DNA of 64,000 nucleotides from a virus. Lineage: Duplodnaviria; Caudoviricetes. Below, piece after piece: positions 9,084 through 18,048 of this stretch (positions within the stretch are counted from its first letter, which is position 1; each line of letters starts with the position of its first letter). Where the stretch lies: positions 128,001 through 192,000 of the IMG/VR virus record IMGVR_UViG_3300001580_000006, one strand, 5' to 3'. Under the pieces are notes generated by a model, which worked only from the letters and a program-made list of their open reading frames with translations, made no database searches and had not been told where the DNA came from. Made by a program: the position numbers and the translations under genes.

Positions 9084-10866
9084 TTTGATCTTCCTCTTCT
9101 ATTGTAATAACGTTTGCTAGATCTTCGGTTTGATATCTGAGTGACAGTATCTCGTTCTTCTCTTCGTTGGTCAGTCGCTTCTTTCGGCTGTTTGGACTAA
9201 GCGGCCAGTCTACCACATGCATACCTAGGCCATCATTTATGTTTACCGAAGTTGCGTGTCCGATTATTCCATTGATTATGGTAACTACGTCTCCCTGCTT
9301 CATAGCTTTATTCATCCAGTCTTCAGCGTTACCCCAACATACGCTCTGGTTTGTAAAAGCATGAGGTACTGAAGACCCGTTTGGTCTACGATCCATGTTC
9401 CAGAATTTGATATCATGTACTGAGCCCTTAATTGGTATATCTACCAGTAGGCGTCCTACGTCAAATACTAGTCCACCAGGTATCATAATCTCTACGTTGC
9501 GAGTGTTCAGGATCAAATGATTGCCAACTAAGTGCAGTGCTTTGACATAGACACTGGTAAGAGCAGCCGCTACGCTGTTCTTAGCGCGCTCTATAATCTT
9601 ATCCTTGTTGCGCTTCTCTATCCTGTTTATCATTAGCTCAAGTTCTGTTCTAGCTATACGCTCTTCACACCTCTTTAACTCTGCCTGCAGGCTAGCCTGG
9701 GTTTTGAAGTCACGGGCCAAGGACTCTTCCAGTTTACCGATGTTGTCCTCAGTTATCTTCGACGCCATCTCTATAGTCTCTGGCGGAATTATGGTAACTG
9801 GATAAACTATCTCATCGGCTATCTTTTTGAACCATGCATCTGGGACCAAATCCTTCGTCAGCTCAGCCGAACTTGCTAAGAACTCTAAGGCAATAACCTT
9901 ACTCTTATATGAATATAATAGAAACGATAGTGCGTACGCTAGCTGTTTGACTACATTAGCTATTTGATCCTTGTGTTGTGATACTAGTAAGTAATTAAAC
10001 ATCAATAGCTTAGCGCTTATGTATGCTCCGTCTTTCTTTACTGCGGTATAAATACCTAAACAGGTTCCATCAGGAGCAACTATGTTTTCTATGTCATACG
10101 CTTTGCTATCAGCGAACAGCGATCTATCATCTGACTTAATAAAGTCCGGGATATAGTAGCCAACATGGTTAAACCTATTTTGAGGTGCGGTATACTTTAT
10201 ATCTAGGCAATCAACTGTCTCAACTTCAGTATCTTTAGTGTATGCGGAATCTATATATCCACTATACAGTACAAACGTTCCATTGTCTTGAAACTGCAAC
10301 TGTGGGTTCATAGAAACCCTTTGTTTATTACGCGTGTCGGCTGGCTGTGAATCTACAACAACAGATGCAAGCCCCATAGTCTTACAGAAGTTTGTTATCA
10401 TATTCAATACTGGTCTTACGCTATCGTCTTTTAAGAACTGATCGGCGTGTCGACTGTTTGGCCGTATAGCTATGCCGTCTATGTCTAGTGCAACAGCTCT
10501 AGTAGCTGTAGTACCGGCGTCATACGTTATTGATTCAACTTCTAAAACATTTACGTCAGCCCCGCCATATAGAACGTGCACCTCTAGATTAACACTCATG
10601 TAGTTATCATGTAGGAAGTCAGCAGTAAGCGCTGGCTGCCCAGCTGCTATTGGTAGCAGCGACAACATATTAATAATGGTATCAGTGTCGGAATGGATTA
10701 CGGGCACAACACTGCCGTCGCCTAGGGCAAAATCTGTTGCCCTATTGGTTCTCAGAAATGTGTTGACTCTTTCAATATCTCTCTTAGTGTGAAAGAATGC
10801 AGGCAGTCTTATCTTTACCGTTGGTTTATCTGCATACTCTGTAAGAAAGTCTAGGAGGGTGAACAT
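9049..10866 (-). CDS. large coiled-coil protein with C-terminal prokaryotic E2-like domain
   Basis: C-terminal VPHAFTNQSVCWGN resembles E2 HP..C; heptad-rich segment before it; operon with JAB, E1 and Ubl. Confidence 0.6.
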   Translation of the reverse strand: MFTLLDFLTEYADKPTVKIRLPAFFHTKRDIERVNTFLRTNRATDFALGDGSVVPVIHSDTDTIINMLSLLPIAAGQPALTADFLHDNYMSVNLEVHVLYGGADVNVLEVESITYDAGTTATRAVALDIDGIAIRPNSRHADQFLKDDSVRPVLNMITNFCKTMGLASVVVDSQPADTRNKQRVSMNPQLQFQDNGTFVLYSGYIDSAYTKDTEVETVDCLDIKYTAPQNRFNHVGYYIPDFIKSDDRSLFADSKAYDIENIVAPDGTCLGIYTAVKKDGAYISAKLLMFNYLLVSQHKDQIANVVKQLAYALSFLLYSYKSKVIALEFLASSAELTKDLVPDAWFKKIADEIVYPVTIIPPETIEMASKITEDNIGKLEESLARDFKTQASLQAELKRCEERIARTELELMINRIEKRNKDKIIERAKNSVAAALTSVYVKALHLVGNHLILNTRNVEIMIPGGLVFDVGRLLVDIPIKGSVHDIKFWNMDRRPNGSSVPHAFTNQSVCWGNAEDWMNKAMKQGDVVTIINGIIGHATSVNINDGLGMHVVDWPLSPNSRKKRLTNEEKNEILSLRYQTEDLANVITIEEEDQNAGTIEAGVIG

Positions 10867-10885
10867 CTATTATCCTCGCTATAAT

Positions 10886-11521
10886 TTATGTGGTAAGAAA
10901 TCTCTTATCGTCGGGAGTAATGTCACACTCTCCAAGAAACAAGGAGAGCGGCCTAAGTGATTCTGGTAGAGAGTTGAACAGCATCTCATCTCCAAACATC
11001 CGCACCAATGCTATGTTAGAGAGCATAGCTATTCTACCTTCGAATCCACTTAGGGCTAAGTCAATAAGCCCAGACTCGTTTATAGTTAATTCTATTTCCT
11101 GATCCTTCATTATTTCCCAGTCCGGTGCAACGCCCTCAGTCTGATCTGAACTAAACGCACACGATAGTATTTCTAATAGACTAGTAACACTGTCTGAGGT
11201 TGTATATCCTTCAGTATCATATAGCATCTCAGTTGTGGTAAACCACTCATACTTCTCGTCTTTGAGGTCGTCAGCTTTATCTGGTAATTGAGCAGTAAGT
11301 AAGCCAATTAGGTGTTTTAGTTTGTCTTCGTCTAGGTATAAATCTGTGGTTATCTCAGAACTGGCACACTGTTTGCACTTCTTCTCTTCCATAGAATCTT
11401 CTAAGGTAGGAAGACTAATTAGTGGCACTGGTTTAGTAATATTGATCTTTTTCCAGCAGTTTTTGCACAAGGCAATGAACTGGAATGACACTGTCTCTGC
11501 CCAAATACTAAGCTGTGACAT
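10886..11521 (-). CDS. hypothetical acidic protein with two CxxC
   Basis: CKNC, CKQC. Confidence 0.5.
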   Translation of the reverse strand: MSQLSIWAETVSFQFIALCKNCWKKINITKPVPLISLPTLEDSMEEKKCKQCASSEITTDLYLDEDKLKHLIGLLTAQLPDKADDLKDEKYEWFTTTEMLYDTEGYTTSDSVTSLLEILSCAFSSDQTEGVAPDWEIMKDQEIELTINESGLIDLALSGFEGRIAMLSNIALVRMFGDEMLFNSLPESLRPLSLFLGECDITPDDKRFLTT

Positions 11522-11677
11522 TTAAACCCTCCACGGTATCTTGATGATTAGCTGTTTGTTCCATCTCCTCAAGCTTTTTAGTAGCACAAGCACAGCTGCA
11601 CAGAAATAAGCTTGTGGTTTTGTTAAACATGTTGGTATTGGTGTTACACACTGAACACCGACCAGCAACACGTAATC

Positions 11678-12280
11678 TTACCGAGTCGTAGTGGAACCAA
11701 TTGAGTTGCGAAACCATTCTTGGTGCTCCATTGCTGCTACGTATTCTATTGTTATAGTTGAATTTGGTCTAGCATATTTTGGTATACCTACTAGGGCTTT
11801 TGCAAACTTTGACTGCAGTAGACTATACCATTTCAAGTTTACTGGCCCATAGTTAGTATGCACTGTGTATATATTAGTTGTCCAAATAGTGCTAACTACA
11901 GGATCTCCGACTCTTATAGCTGACGACCATCTAGTTACTCTTTTTGGTACTCTAATTATAGTGCCTATTGGTTCTGCGTTTAGCACTACTTGACTAGCTG
12001 GTTGAAAGAACCAATCAATCTGCAACTTTGCCAGCTCGTTGGCCTTTATAAATACAGCGTCAAGCTGTGTGTATATTCTTATGCCCTGTACTGGATTGCC
12101 GACTATTTCTGCAAAGTCTCCAGCTCGTATGCAGTCATAGTTGCTTATGTTAGACAGTGTTTCGTTGCCGTCTTTGTTCCTAATTCGTCGCACTCTCCAG
12201 TACTTCGGTAGGCTCTGCAAGCTGTGTAACGTATGCATAATTTCTCGTATACCTGTCCATTGTGGGTTTAGCCATAGCAC
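11678..12280 (-). CDS. hypothetical protein, 'TNYGP' paralog family (true start probably internal)
   Basis: RVRRIRNK, IRAGDF, RVGD, VHTNYGPV. Confidence 0.55.
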   Translation of the reverse strand: MLWLNPQWTGIREIMHTLHSLQSLPKYWRVRRIRNKDGNETLSNISNYDCIRAGDFAEIVGNPVQGIRIYTQLDAVFIKANELAKLQIDWFFQPASQVVLNAEPIGTIIRVPKRVTRWSSAIRVGDPVVSTIWTTNIYTVHTNYGPVNLKWYSLLQSKFAKALVGIPKYARPNSTITIEYVAAMEHQEWFRNSIGSTTTR

Positions 12281-12668
12281 TACTATCGTTTATACTAATA
12301 GGACCGTACTTAGAGTGCACCAACATTGTTCCAGTTTCTGCATACTCTTTCTCGTCAAGCTCTACATACGCAGGAATATTTAACACCTCTTTAATACTAT
12401 TCATGCGCCAGCCAAGTTTTTCTGAGTCGGCTATAACATACGAAAACTTTCCGGTTACCGGTCTTTCAGTAGCAGGCCGCAGGTACTTAAGTAAATCTTT
12501 CCGCCTAAAGCCATATATCCCGCGTCTTGTAAACACATCTATTTGTATACGTCCACCATAACGCTCTCGCGTTACGACAAAATCCCCTGGCTGTACGTAG
12601 TTTGACTTCCATACGTTGCGGCCCATCTTGTTTCGTAATCTTTTTACACGAAAAAATTCATTTGCCAT
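12180..12668 (-). CDS. hypothetical protein, 'TNYGP' paralog family
   Basis: RVKRLRNK, VQPGDF, VHSKYGPI. Confidence 0.55.
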   Translation of the reverse strand: MANEFFRVKRLRNKMGRNVWKSNYVQPGDFVVTRERYGGRIQIDVFTRRGIYGFRRKDLLKYLRPATERPVTGKFSYVIADSEKLGWRMNSIKEVLNIPAYVELDEKEYAETGTMLVHSKYGPISINDSSAMAKPTMDRYTRNYAYVTQLAEPTEVLESATN

Positions 12669-12783
12669 AACTGCATCCTTTTTAAAATATGATGTCAGGG
12701 CTCTTTTTATTTAAACTCAGCGCCCACGAATCGCAATTGATAAGTGAGGGAGATATAAAGGTTGGAGCCAATAACCACTGACA

Positions 12784-13119
12784 TCAAGTACTATTACCCA
12801 ATGCTATCTCCTGCCGACCGCTTCCTTCATCTGTAAACATTTTTGAGTCTACAAATAGAATGGACAGTCCACTTGCTGTAGGTATTGGAACGAACATGCT
12901 TGTCATTACCATGTCTTCTCCGTCTACCTCTGGTTGAAGATATATGTCGGCGACCTTACCAGCATCCCTGATCTGTATAGACATATTGTTGTCGTTGTAT
13001 CGAGCGTAAACATCGGACACTTGCTCGCCCAAGGCCAAGAAGTGCAACAGTCTGCCAGGTATTAGATCAGACAGAATTATCTTGTGCAGTTTCGCGTCCC
13101 CACTGTATGTCACTTTCAT
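12784..13119 (-). CDS. hypothetical protein
   Basis: ORF in gene run. Confidence 0.5.
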   Translation of the reverse strand: MKVTYSGDAKLHKIILSDLIPGRLLHFLALGEQVSDVYARYNDNNMSIQIRDAGKVADIYLQPEVDGEDMVMTSMFVPIPTASGLSILFVDSKMFTDEGSGRQEIALGNST

Positions 13120-13434
13120 CTTTTACCTTCCCAATTTTGTGAATTTGAGCTCGGCACTCGGGGCAACCGATTCTTGAATATAAATCGCAGGTGATTTGAT
13201 CTATCTCGTCTGACCAGTCACACTTGCTGCACTCTACTGAATAAATCATGGAAGTAGTTGTAGCTCCTCAATAGCTTCACTTACCTTATTCTTTGCAACA
13301 GATAGTCTGTGTAGATCGAGATAAAAGGTAGTAGTCTTTTCTATAGCAGTAAGTTCTTTGTACTGCTCTTGCAAAGACTCTAGCACTTTGGCCGTTTTAG
13401 TATGCTTCTTAGCTTGCATTTACCTATACCTAGT

Positions 13435-13470
13435 TAAAAAATAAGGGGATAGTATTTCTACTATCCCCTA
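13435..13470 (-). terminator. intrinsic terminator after TROVE gene
   Basis: Minus strand: AGGGGATAGTA-GAAA-TACTATCCCCT hairpin followed by TATTTTTT. Confidence 0.8.
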
Positions 13471-13504
13471 CTGAACTCAGTTATTGGCGGCTGCAGCTCT
13501 TGTC

Positions 13505-14950
13505 CTATTGCCTACAATCTGAGCTTTCGTATGCTCGTATGTAATCCATTACATGCTCTGACCACCCGTCAATGTGCGTCCACTTGCCATACCCAATCCC
13601 GTTCTTTTCAATAGAGACGTTGATTAGATAGTTTTCGGTAGCCCAAGAGGTGTCAGCGTTGGTTGGATCTCCTTTAGAGCCCTTGGCATCACAATCCTGT
13701 TCGTCAGTGAACACTATAACTCTATCAGCGCTACCTTCCTCTCTTTTGACGTAGTCCATAGCCTGTTTCAGGAATATTCCGCCACCGCCTAGGCTCTGCT
13801 CTGCCTTCTTTACTGCATCTATTAGAGCAAAGCCATAACGCGGAGCAACTAAAGCAGTTTGATGCACCCTAGTGTGGTCGTTGCCGGCAGTACAGTAGAT
13901 CCGTGCATCCACACACCGTTCTCTAGCAATAACAGCTAAAGCAGCAGCAACATCTAGACGATTACGGTCGGATTTGGCTGATATATTGCCGCGCATAGAG
14001 CCGGAAACATCTATGATTAAAACTGTTTTGCCTGGAAGCTTGGAGTATCCATCCAAGTATTTCAACATTGCTTGCTCAATCTTGTTTTCCCACTGCGGGG
14101 CAAACTGAGCAGCTGATATGAACTGGAATGGTAGCACCATGCCGGGCTTCAGCCTATCTAAGGCTTCGAACACTAGCTTCTCGTTAACTCCGTTGTCTTT
14201 GAAGTTACGCAGATTGCGTAGTACAGCCAAAGCTCCCATCTTATTGTTGGATAAAAGACGCTCAAACTCTAGGCGCTTAGCTTCCTTGTCGTTGCCACAG
14301 GCTGATATGGCTACTTCCCAGGTGTCTGGGGTAGCTAAGGTGTTGGCGCGTAGCCTTCCCCAAAGAGTAGCCTGGTCCTCATCAATAGGACGAGGGTGCA
14401 CTAAGCATAGAACATCGCGTAGCTTTATTACCTTGTCATCGCCGCGGTATTTAGCCAACTGATACTCGTCGAAGCGGCGGAACGCACTAGCTAAACCAAC
14501 CTTGAACTGCCAAGGAATCGGCACCCTCTTGCCATATCTGTGATCAGCAGTACGCTTAGGCTTAGCTTGTCTATTTATACCCCAATATATGGCTAATATT
14601 TCTGAGAGCTCGTCTGCTCTTTTAATAATCTCCGGAAGCAGTTGCCCAACCAGCTTCTTATGCTCTGGGTGTCTTAGCATTAGGTTGGCTATAAGCAGCG
14701 GTGCATGACGGATTTTCATATCCAGTCTGGTCTCAATAGCCATATTGAATACGCTATGAGGATCTACTTGGCCTATTAGCTCAGCTATACGCTCGGCTAT
14801 AGACATACCACCCTCATAGAATGAATCTTCCCAAAGCATGCACGCCATTAGTGACCGCCTCAGTTTCTTTTCAGCTGAAATCATGGCGGCATTTGCGCCA
14901 CCAGCTGTATAAACTGGAGGTCTTTTGGCAGTTGTGTTTATTCTCGCCAT
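13505..14950 (-). CDS. Ro60/TROVE domain RNA-binding protein with C-terminal vWA (start reassigned to ATG 14950)
   Basis: FDEYQLAKY, LRDVL.LVHP, TPDTWE, MGALAVLRNLRN, LPFQF, DVSGSM and FTDEQ vWA motifs; GGGAG RBS before MARINTT. Confidence 0.93.
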   Translation of the reverse strand: MARINTTAKRPPVYTAGGANAAMISAEKKLRRSLMACMLWEDSFYEGGMSIAERIAELIGQVDPHSVFNMAIETRLDMKIRHAPLLIANLMLRHPEHKKLVGQLLPEIIKRADELSEILAIYWGINRQAKPKRTADHRYGKRVPIPWQFKVGLASAFRRFDEYQLAKYRGDDKVIKLRDVLCLVHPRPIDEDQATLWGRLRANTLATPDTWEVAISACGNDKEAKRLEFERLLSNNKMGALAVLRNLRNFKDNGVNEKLVFEALDRLKPGMVLPFQFISAAQFAPQWENKIEQAMLKYLDGYSKLPGKTVLIIDVSGSMRGNISAKSDRNRLDVAAALAVIARERCVDARIYCTAGNDHTRVHQTALVAPRYGFALIDAVKKAEQSLGGGGIFLKQAMDYVKREEGSADRVIVFTDEQDCDAKGSKGDPTNADTSWATENYLINVSIEKNGIGYGKWTHIDGWSEHVMDYIRAYESSDCRQ

Positions 14951-15200
14951 AGTCTTACTCCCTTTTTGACTAGGTAATTTGATTGGCCCCGCCGTACACG
15001 GCTTTACGTGCGACAACAAAAGGCTTAGTATACTATACCTATTGCTGGTTTTGATCAAACTAACCGCGGGTTATTGTTCGGCTTGCCAGATTCTCACTGG
15101 ACGCTCGTCCTTACGGACATTCAATATAGTGTTGCTGCCCCACTATTATCGGCTGTGGGTCACCATCATACAAAGTGCCATTTTGCGACTAAGCACCATG

Positions 15201-15372
15201 GCTGGTTGCGCATACAGTCTTTCAGCGCTACGTCATTTGGCGGACATACCAAGCCTAGCCGGTTTTCGGTGGACTGCAATCTTACCTTCCATGGTCTTTG
15301 GTCAACCTCTACCACGCGCAGCGACTTTCAGGTGCTAGGCATCTGTATGGAAGACTGCGTAGACAAACCGGC
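15201..15372 (-). ncRNA. unclassified ~172-nt rod-like structured RNA
   Basis: Nested pairings GCCGGTTTG/CAACCAGC, GCAGTCTT/AAGACTGT, CATAC/GTATG, GCCTAGC/GCTAGGC. Confidence 0.55.
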
Positions 15373-15382
15373 AAAATTTAAC

Positions 15383-15471
15383 GCTACTCGGCATAGTCGA
15401 ATCGGGCAGTACTGCGGTTTCCCGCGTGCTCTGATTAAGGGCGAAGTAACCCAACTCTTCACCTGAGTAGC
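15383..15471 (-). ncRNA. Y-RNA-like RNA (Ro60-associated)
   Basis: GCTACTC-A-GG-TGAA-GAGTTGGG-TTACTTCG...CCCGATTC-GACTATG-CC-GAGTAGC terminal stem; upstream of TROVE; architecture repeated 4 times in window. Confidence 0.75.
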
Positions 15472-15480
15472 TTTTCTAAC

Positions 15481-15550
15481 TTGCCCGGAATAAGCGACTT
15501 GAGTATATTATCGTTTACAGTCGAAGTAACCCAAGCCTACACCAGGGCAA
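15481..15550 (-). ncRNA. Y-RNA-like RNA (Ro60-associated)
   Basis: TTGCCC-T-GG-TGTA-GGCTTGGG-TTACTTCG...CTCAAGTC-GCTTATT-CC-GGGCAA terminal stem. Confidence 0.75.
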
Positions 15551-15571
15551 TTTCTTTACTAGAATCAGCAT

Positions 15572-15600
15572 ATTGTAGCACAGAATCAATTAAAAGTCAA
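15572..15600 (-). promoter_or_regulatory. sigma70-type promoter for Y RNA/TROVE locus
   Basis: TTGACT-17 nt-TACAAT with extended -10 TG. Confidence 0.75.
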
Positions 15601-16448
15601 GTACTTTTTAACTCTGACCACAATAAATCTGATATCAGATCGTTTACATAATCTCTATCGTTATTATCAGGTAGCTGTGACTTGCTTGCAGCAGTGTTGA
15701 ACAGTTTCTTTTCGTGCTCAGCCATCTTTAATACTGACTTGAGGCTAAACTGTCCTTGCTTTATAGCTAACAACTCTTCTCTATCGATAGTGCGATAGTT
15801 TGTCATGTTCCCAGTGTCCAACAGCTCTCGTCCTAACCGATAGATGCGAATGAGGTGGGCTGCGTTCTTAGTGTCATACCCAAACTTATCAACTAAGGCT
15901 TTCCGCTTCTCACCCATGTATCCAAGGTATTTGTTGACTGCCTTAGTCTCTTTGTTTAGGTTGAAGTATGCAAAGGCACGACTATACCACTTCGGCTTTA
16001 CTAGATCAGGGTGTGATCTCATCATCTTGTCGAACTGCCCTTTTGCGTAGCCACCAAATGCGTCGCGCACTCTCGTTCGTGACAGAAATGCCTGCCTATT
16101 CTTTATGAGTTCAGACGATATGCACGACACAGTGGTTCTAAACTTTGCATCCAACCACAACCAGCCCAATACGTTAGGGTTGCAGCCTAGGAGAAGAGAT
16201 ACCGCCTTGCGTAATTCATAGCCTACACAGTCTACTAACACCCCACTCTCCATACGCATATAGTCAAAACCATCGTCTGACCTGTTGTAGCCGTCGAGGT
16301 TTAGATAGTAGTGACGGTCACGTATGTACACCTGGAAAATATCGTGATCATCTACTCCAACCTTATGCTCTGGAGGGATATATAAATTGTGGGCCTCTGA
16401 TCCGCGCAGGCCAGCGTATACTATCTTCCTTGTTTCTGCTTTAGGCAT
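15597..16448 (-). CDS. RlaP/YcgL-like pol-beta-superfamily nucleotidyltransferase
   Basis: GSEAHNL...DDHDI, NPN.L.WLW, F.GYA..Q, GYDTKNAAHLIR. Confidence 0.8.
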   Translation of the reverse strand: MPKAETRKIVYAGLRGSEAHNLYIPPEHKVGVDDHDIFQVYIRDRHYYLNLDGYNRSDDGFDYMRMESGVLVDCVGYELRKAVSLLLGCNPNVLGWLWLDAKFRTTVSCISSELIKNRQAFLSRTRVRDAFGGYAKGQFDKMMRSHPDLVKPKWYSRAFAYFNLNKETKAVNKYLGYMGEKRKALVDKFGYDTKNAAHLIRIYRLGRELLDTGNMTNYRTIDREELLAIKQGQFSLKSVLKMAEHEKKLFNTAASKSQLPDNNDRDYVNDLISDLLWSELKST

Positions 16449-16460
16449 TGTCCTTATAAC

Positions 16461-16847
16461 CTAGAAGTCGGTATTTCTGATTATGGCTTTGATGCGACCG
16501 TTGCTAAACTCTACTGCTGGAGTTAGCTCCCACTCCTCGTCAGAGTTGTTAAGTTCAACCAGCAGCTCTTCCATAGTGGAAACGTTAATCAGCTGATAGC
16601 GAGCGCCGATTGACCGCACTCGCTCTATGGTAATGGCCTCTTCTGTCTCAATCGGAGTATCGGTAATAGTCACTACGTCGTTGTCGGCCAGGTCGGAGTA
16701 GAGGTCATCGCACTCCGTGCCGTTGATGGTAATAGTCTGATTCTCATCGACTATGTTAGCCATCCGAAAAAGGGTATCCACCGTTGCGTCATTTGGGTCC
16801 AAAGCTACTTTGCGCTCTGCCCCGTTGTGTACCATGGTGACAATCAT
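16461..16847 (-). CDS. protein with N-terminal ubiquitin-like domain
   Basis: ATVDTLF...ITING...LADNDVVTI beta-grasp pattern. Confidence 0.5.
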   Translation of the reverse strand: MIVTMVHNGAERKVALDPNDATVDTLFRMANIVDENQTITINGTECDDLYSDLADNDVVTITDTPIETEEAITIERVRSIGARYQLINVSTMEELLVELNNSDEEWELTPAVEFSNGRIKAIIRNTDF

Positions 16848-17209
16848 TGTATCTCCTTGGTTATTATTGCGTTGTCTGGTAATCTTTCAAGAAAGCGTGC
16901 TGGAACGACACCATTTTTCCATAGGTTGGTTGTAGCTAACTCGCTACCGTCATGGAACTTTATGGTGAATCGTTCGGCATCGTGGCCTTTCCACTTATCG
17001 GGAATATTTTCTTCATCTAGCTGAAAGCAGGTACGATCTGCAATGACAAATACTTTATTTCCAGCTTGTATACTATCTATTCTGTTTTGCCAATATAGGC
17101 AATCGTAACACAATGATTTAGTAAGCATTTCTGCAGCAGTGTCGTCAGAGTAGTCTCTTGTAGCCTGCCGTCTACCACAAGTATTACACCTTATCTCCGC
17201 TTGAATCAT
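16844..17209 (-). CDS. hypothetical phage protein with Cys pairs
   Basis: CNTCG, CYDC, TTNLWKNG. Confidence 0.55.
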   Translation of the reverse strand: MIQAEIRCNTCGRRQATRDYSDDTAAEMLTKSLCYDCLYWQNRIDSIQAGNKVFVIADRTCFQLDEENIPDKWKGHDAERFTIKFHDGSELATTNLWKNGVVPARFLERLPDNAIITKEIQ

Positions 17210-17831
17210 CGCTGTCCCTCAATAAGTTCTTGATGTCCGCATCGGGCGTGGAGCGATATCTAGTAGTAGCGCAGGCCATGAAGCATAAAGCTTCACGGGT
17301 ACCTTCCCCTGTTCCAGCGTAGTTGGCAATGTTGCCTTTACTAATACCGATTGACGCACCTGCCGCAAATGCATCTTGATTAGCAGCCAGAAAGACAAAC
17401 ACCCATTTGTACACATCTGTCTGGTGAGAGATCATCTCATTAATTTGCTCGCGATGGAAGCTAGAACTTGCGTTCTCTTCTCCATCTGTAAGTATAGCAA
17501 TAATAACCTTCTCAGGTCTTTCGTCCTCTGGTAGGTTATTCAGTTGGTCGCCTATACGATTTATTGTCTGTCCGATAGCGTCGTATAGTGCTGTGGTTCC
17601 GCCAGGTCTATAGTTCTCTTCGGTAAGCTCTGGGGCGTCGGCGACGGGTTTGCGGTCTGTTAGAACAGATACCTCATGGTCAAATAGCACAATGGTAATA
17701 TTGGCATCTCCAGGACATTTCTTTTGCTCTTTTAGAAATGTATTGAATCCGCCAATAGCATCATTGGCAACGTGGCCCATGGACCCAGACTTATCAACTA
17801 TGATCCCAATTTCGGTAAGGTCCTTTTTCAT
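17184..17831 (-). CDS. von Willebrand A domain protein
   Basis: DKSGSM MIDAS, TALYDAIG, ILTDGEEN. Confidence 0.9.
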   Translation of the reverse strand: MKKDLTEIGIIVDKSGSMGHVANDAIGGFNTFLKEQKKCPGDANITIVLFDHEVSVLTDRKPVADAPELTEENYRPGGTTALYDAIGQTINRIGDQLNNLPEDERPEKVIIAILTDGEENASSSFHREQINEMISHQTDVYKWVFVFLAANQDAFAAGASIGISKGNIANYAGTGEGTREALCFMACATTRYRSTPDADIKNLLRDSDDSSGDKV

Positions 17832-18040
17832 TAGCCCTCCACTTTAATAAGCATTCCTTCTCCCACAGGAATACTTAAATCAGTTGTAATGGTATCGTTT
17901 ATCTTTACAGTGTACATGTCTTTTGTCCACTGCTCAGTCCTTTTTAACAAATTCACCATGTCCAACACAGTACAGGGCTTCACCGAAGTAGTCCCAAATG
18001 TGTGAACTCTGCCACCGTTCAGCTGAACTTTGACTTCCAT
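17831..18040 (-). CDS. ThiS/MoaD-like ubiquitin-fold protein
   Basis: 69 aa; TVLDMV...VKIND...VGEGMLIKVEG, ends in Gly. Confidence 0.55.
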   Translation of the reverse strand: MEVKVQLNGGRVHTFGTTSVKPCTVLDMVNLLKRTEQWTKDMYTVKINDTITTDLSIPVGEGMLIKVEG

Positions 18041-18048
18041 ATATTCTC

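Noticed and set aside
12760-12792. Third copy of the AGTACTTGA promoter motif
   Set aside because: No -10 box at 17-nt spacing; it is only an ST-stop coincidence.
15065-15110. Partial FMN/cobalamin riboswitch resemblance (CCAGTGAGAATCTGG..AGCCGA)
   Set aside because: Only a generic T-loop hairpin matches; the other conserved blocks and a relevant downstream gene are missing.
15095-15130. Hammerhead-like GTCC-GTAA-GGAC-GA stem
   Set aside because: The core CUGANGA and GAAA are absent (TTGAAT and GAGC instead).
14979-15466. Plus-strand ORFs 14979..15338 and 15074..15466, and the extended TROVE start at 15058
   Set aside because: The region is better explained by structured minus-strand RNAs, and a good RBS supports ATG 14950.
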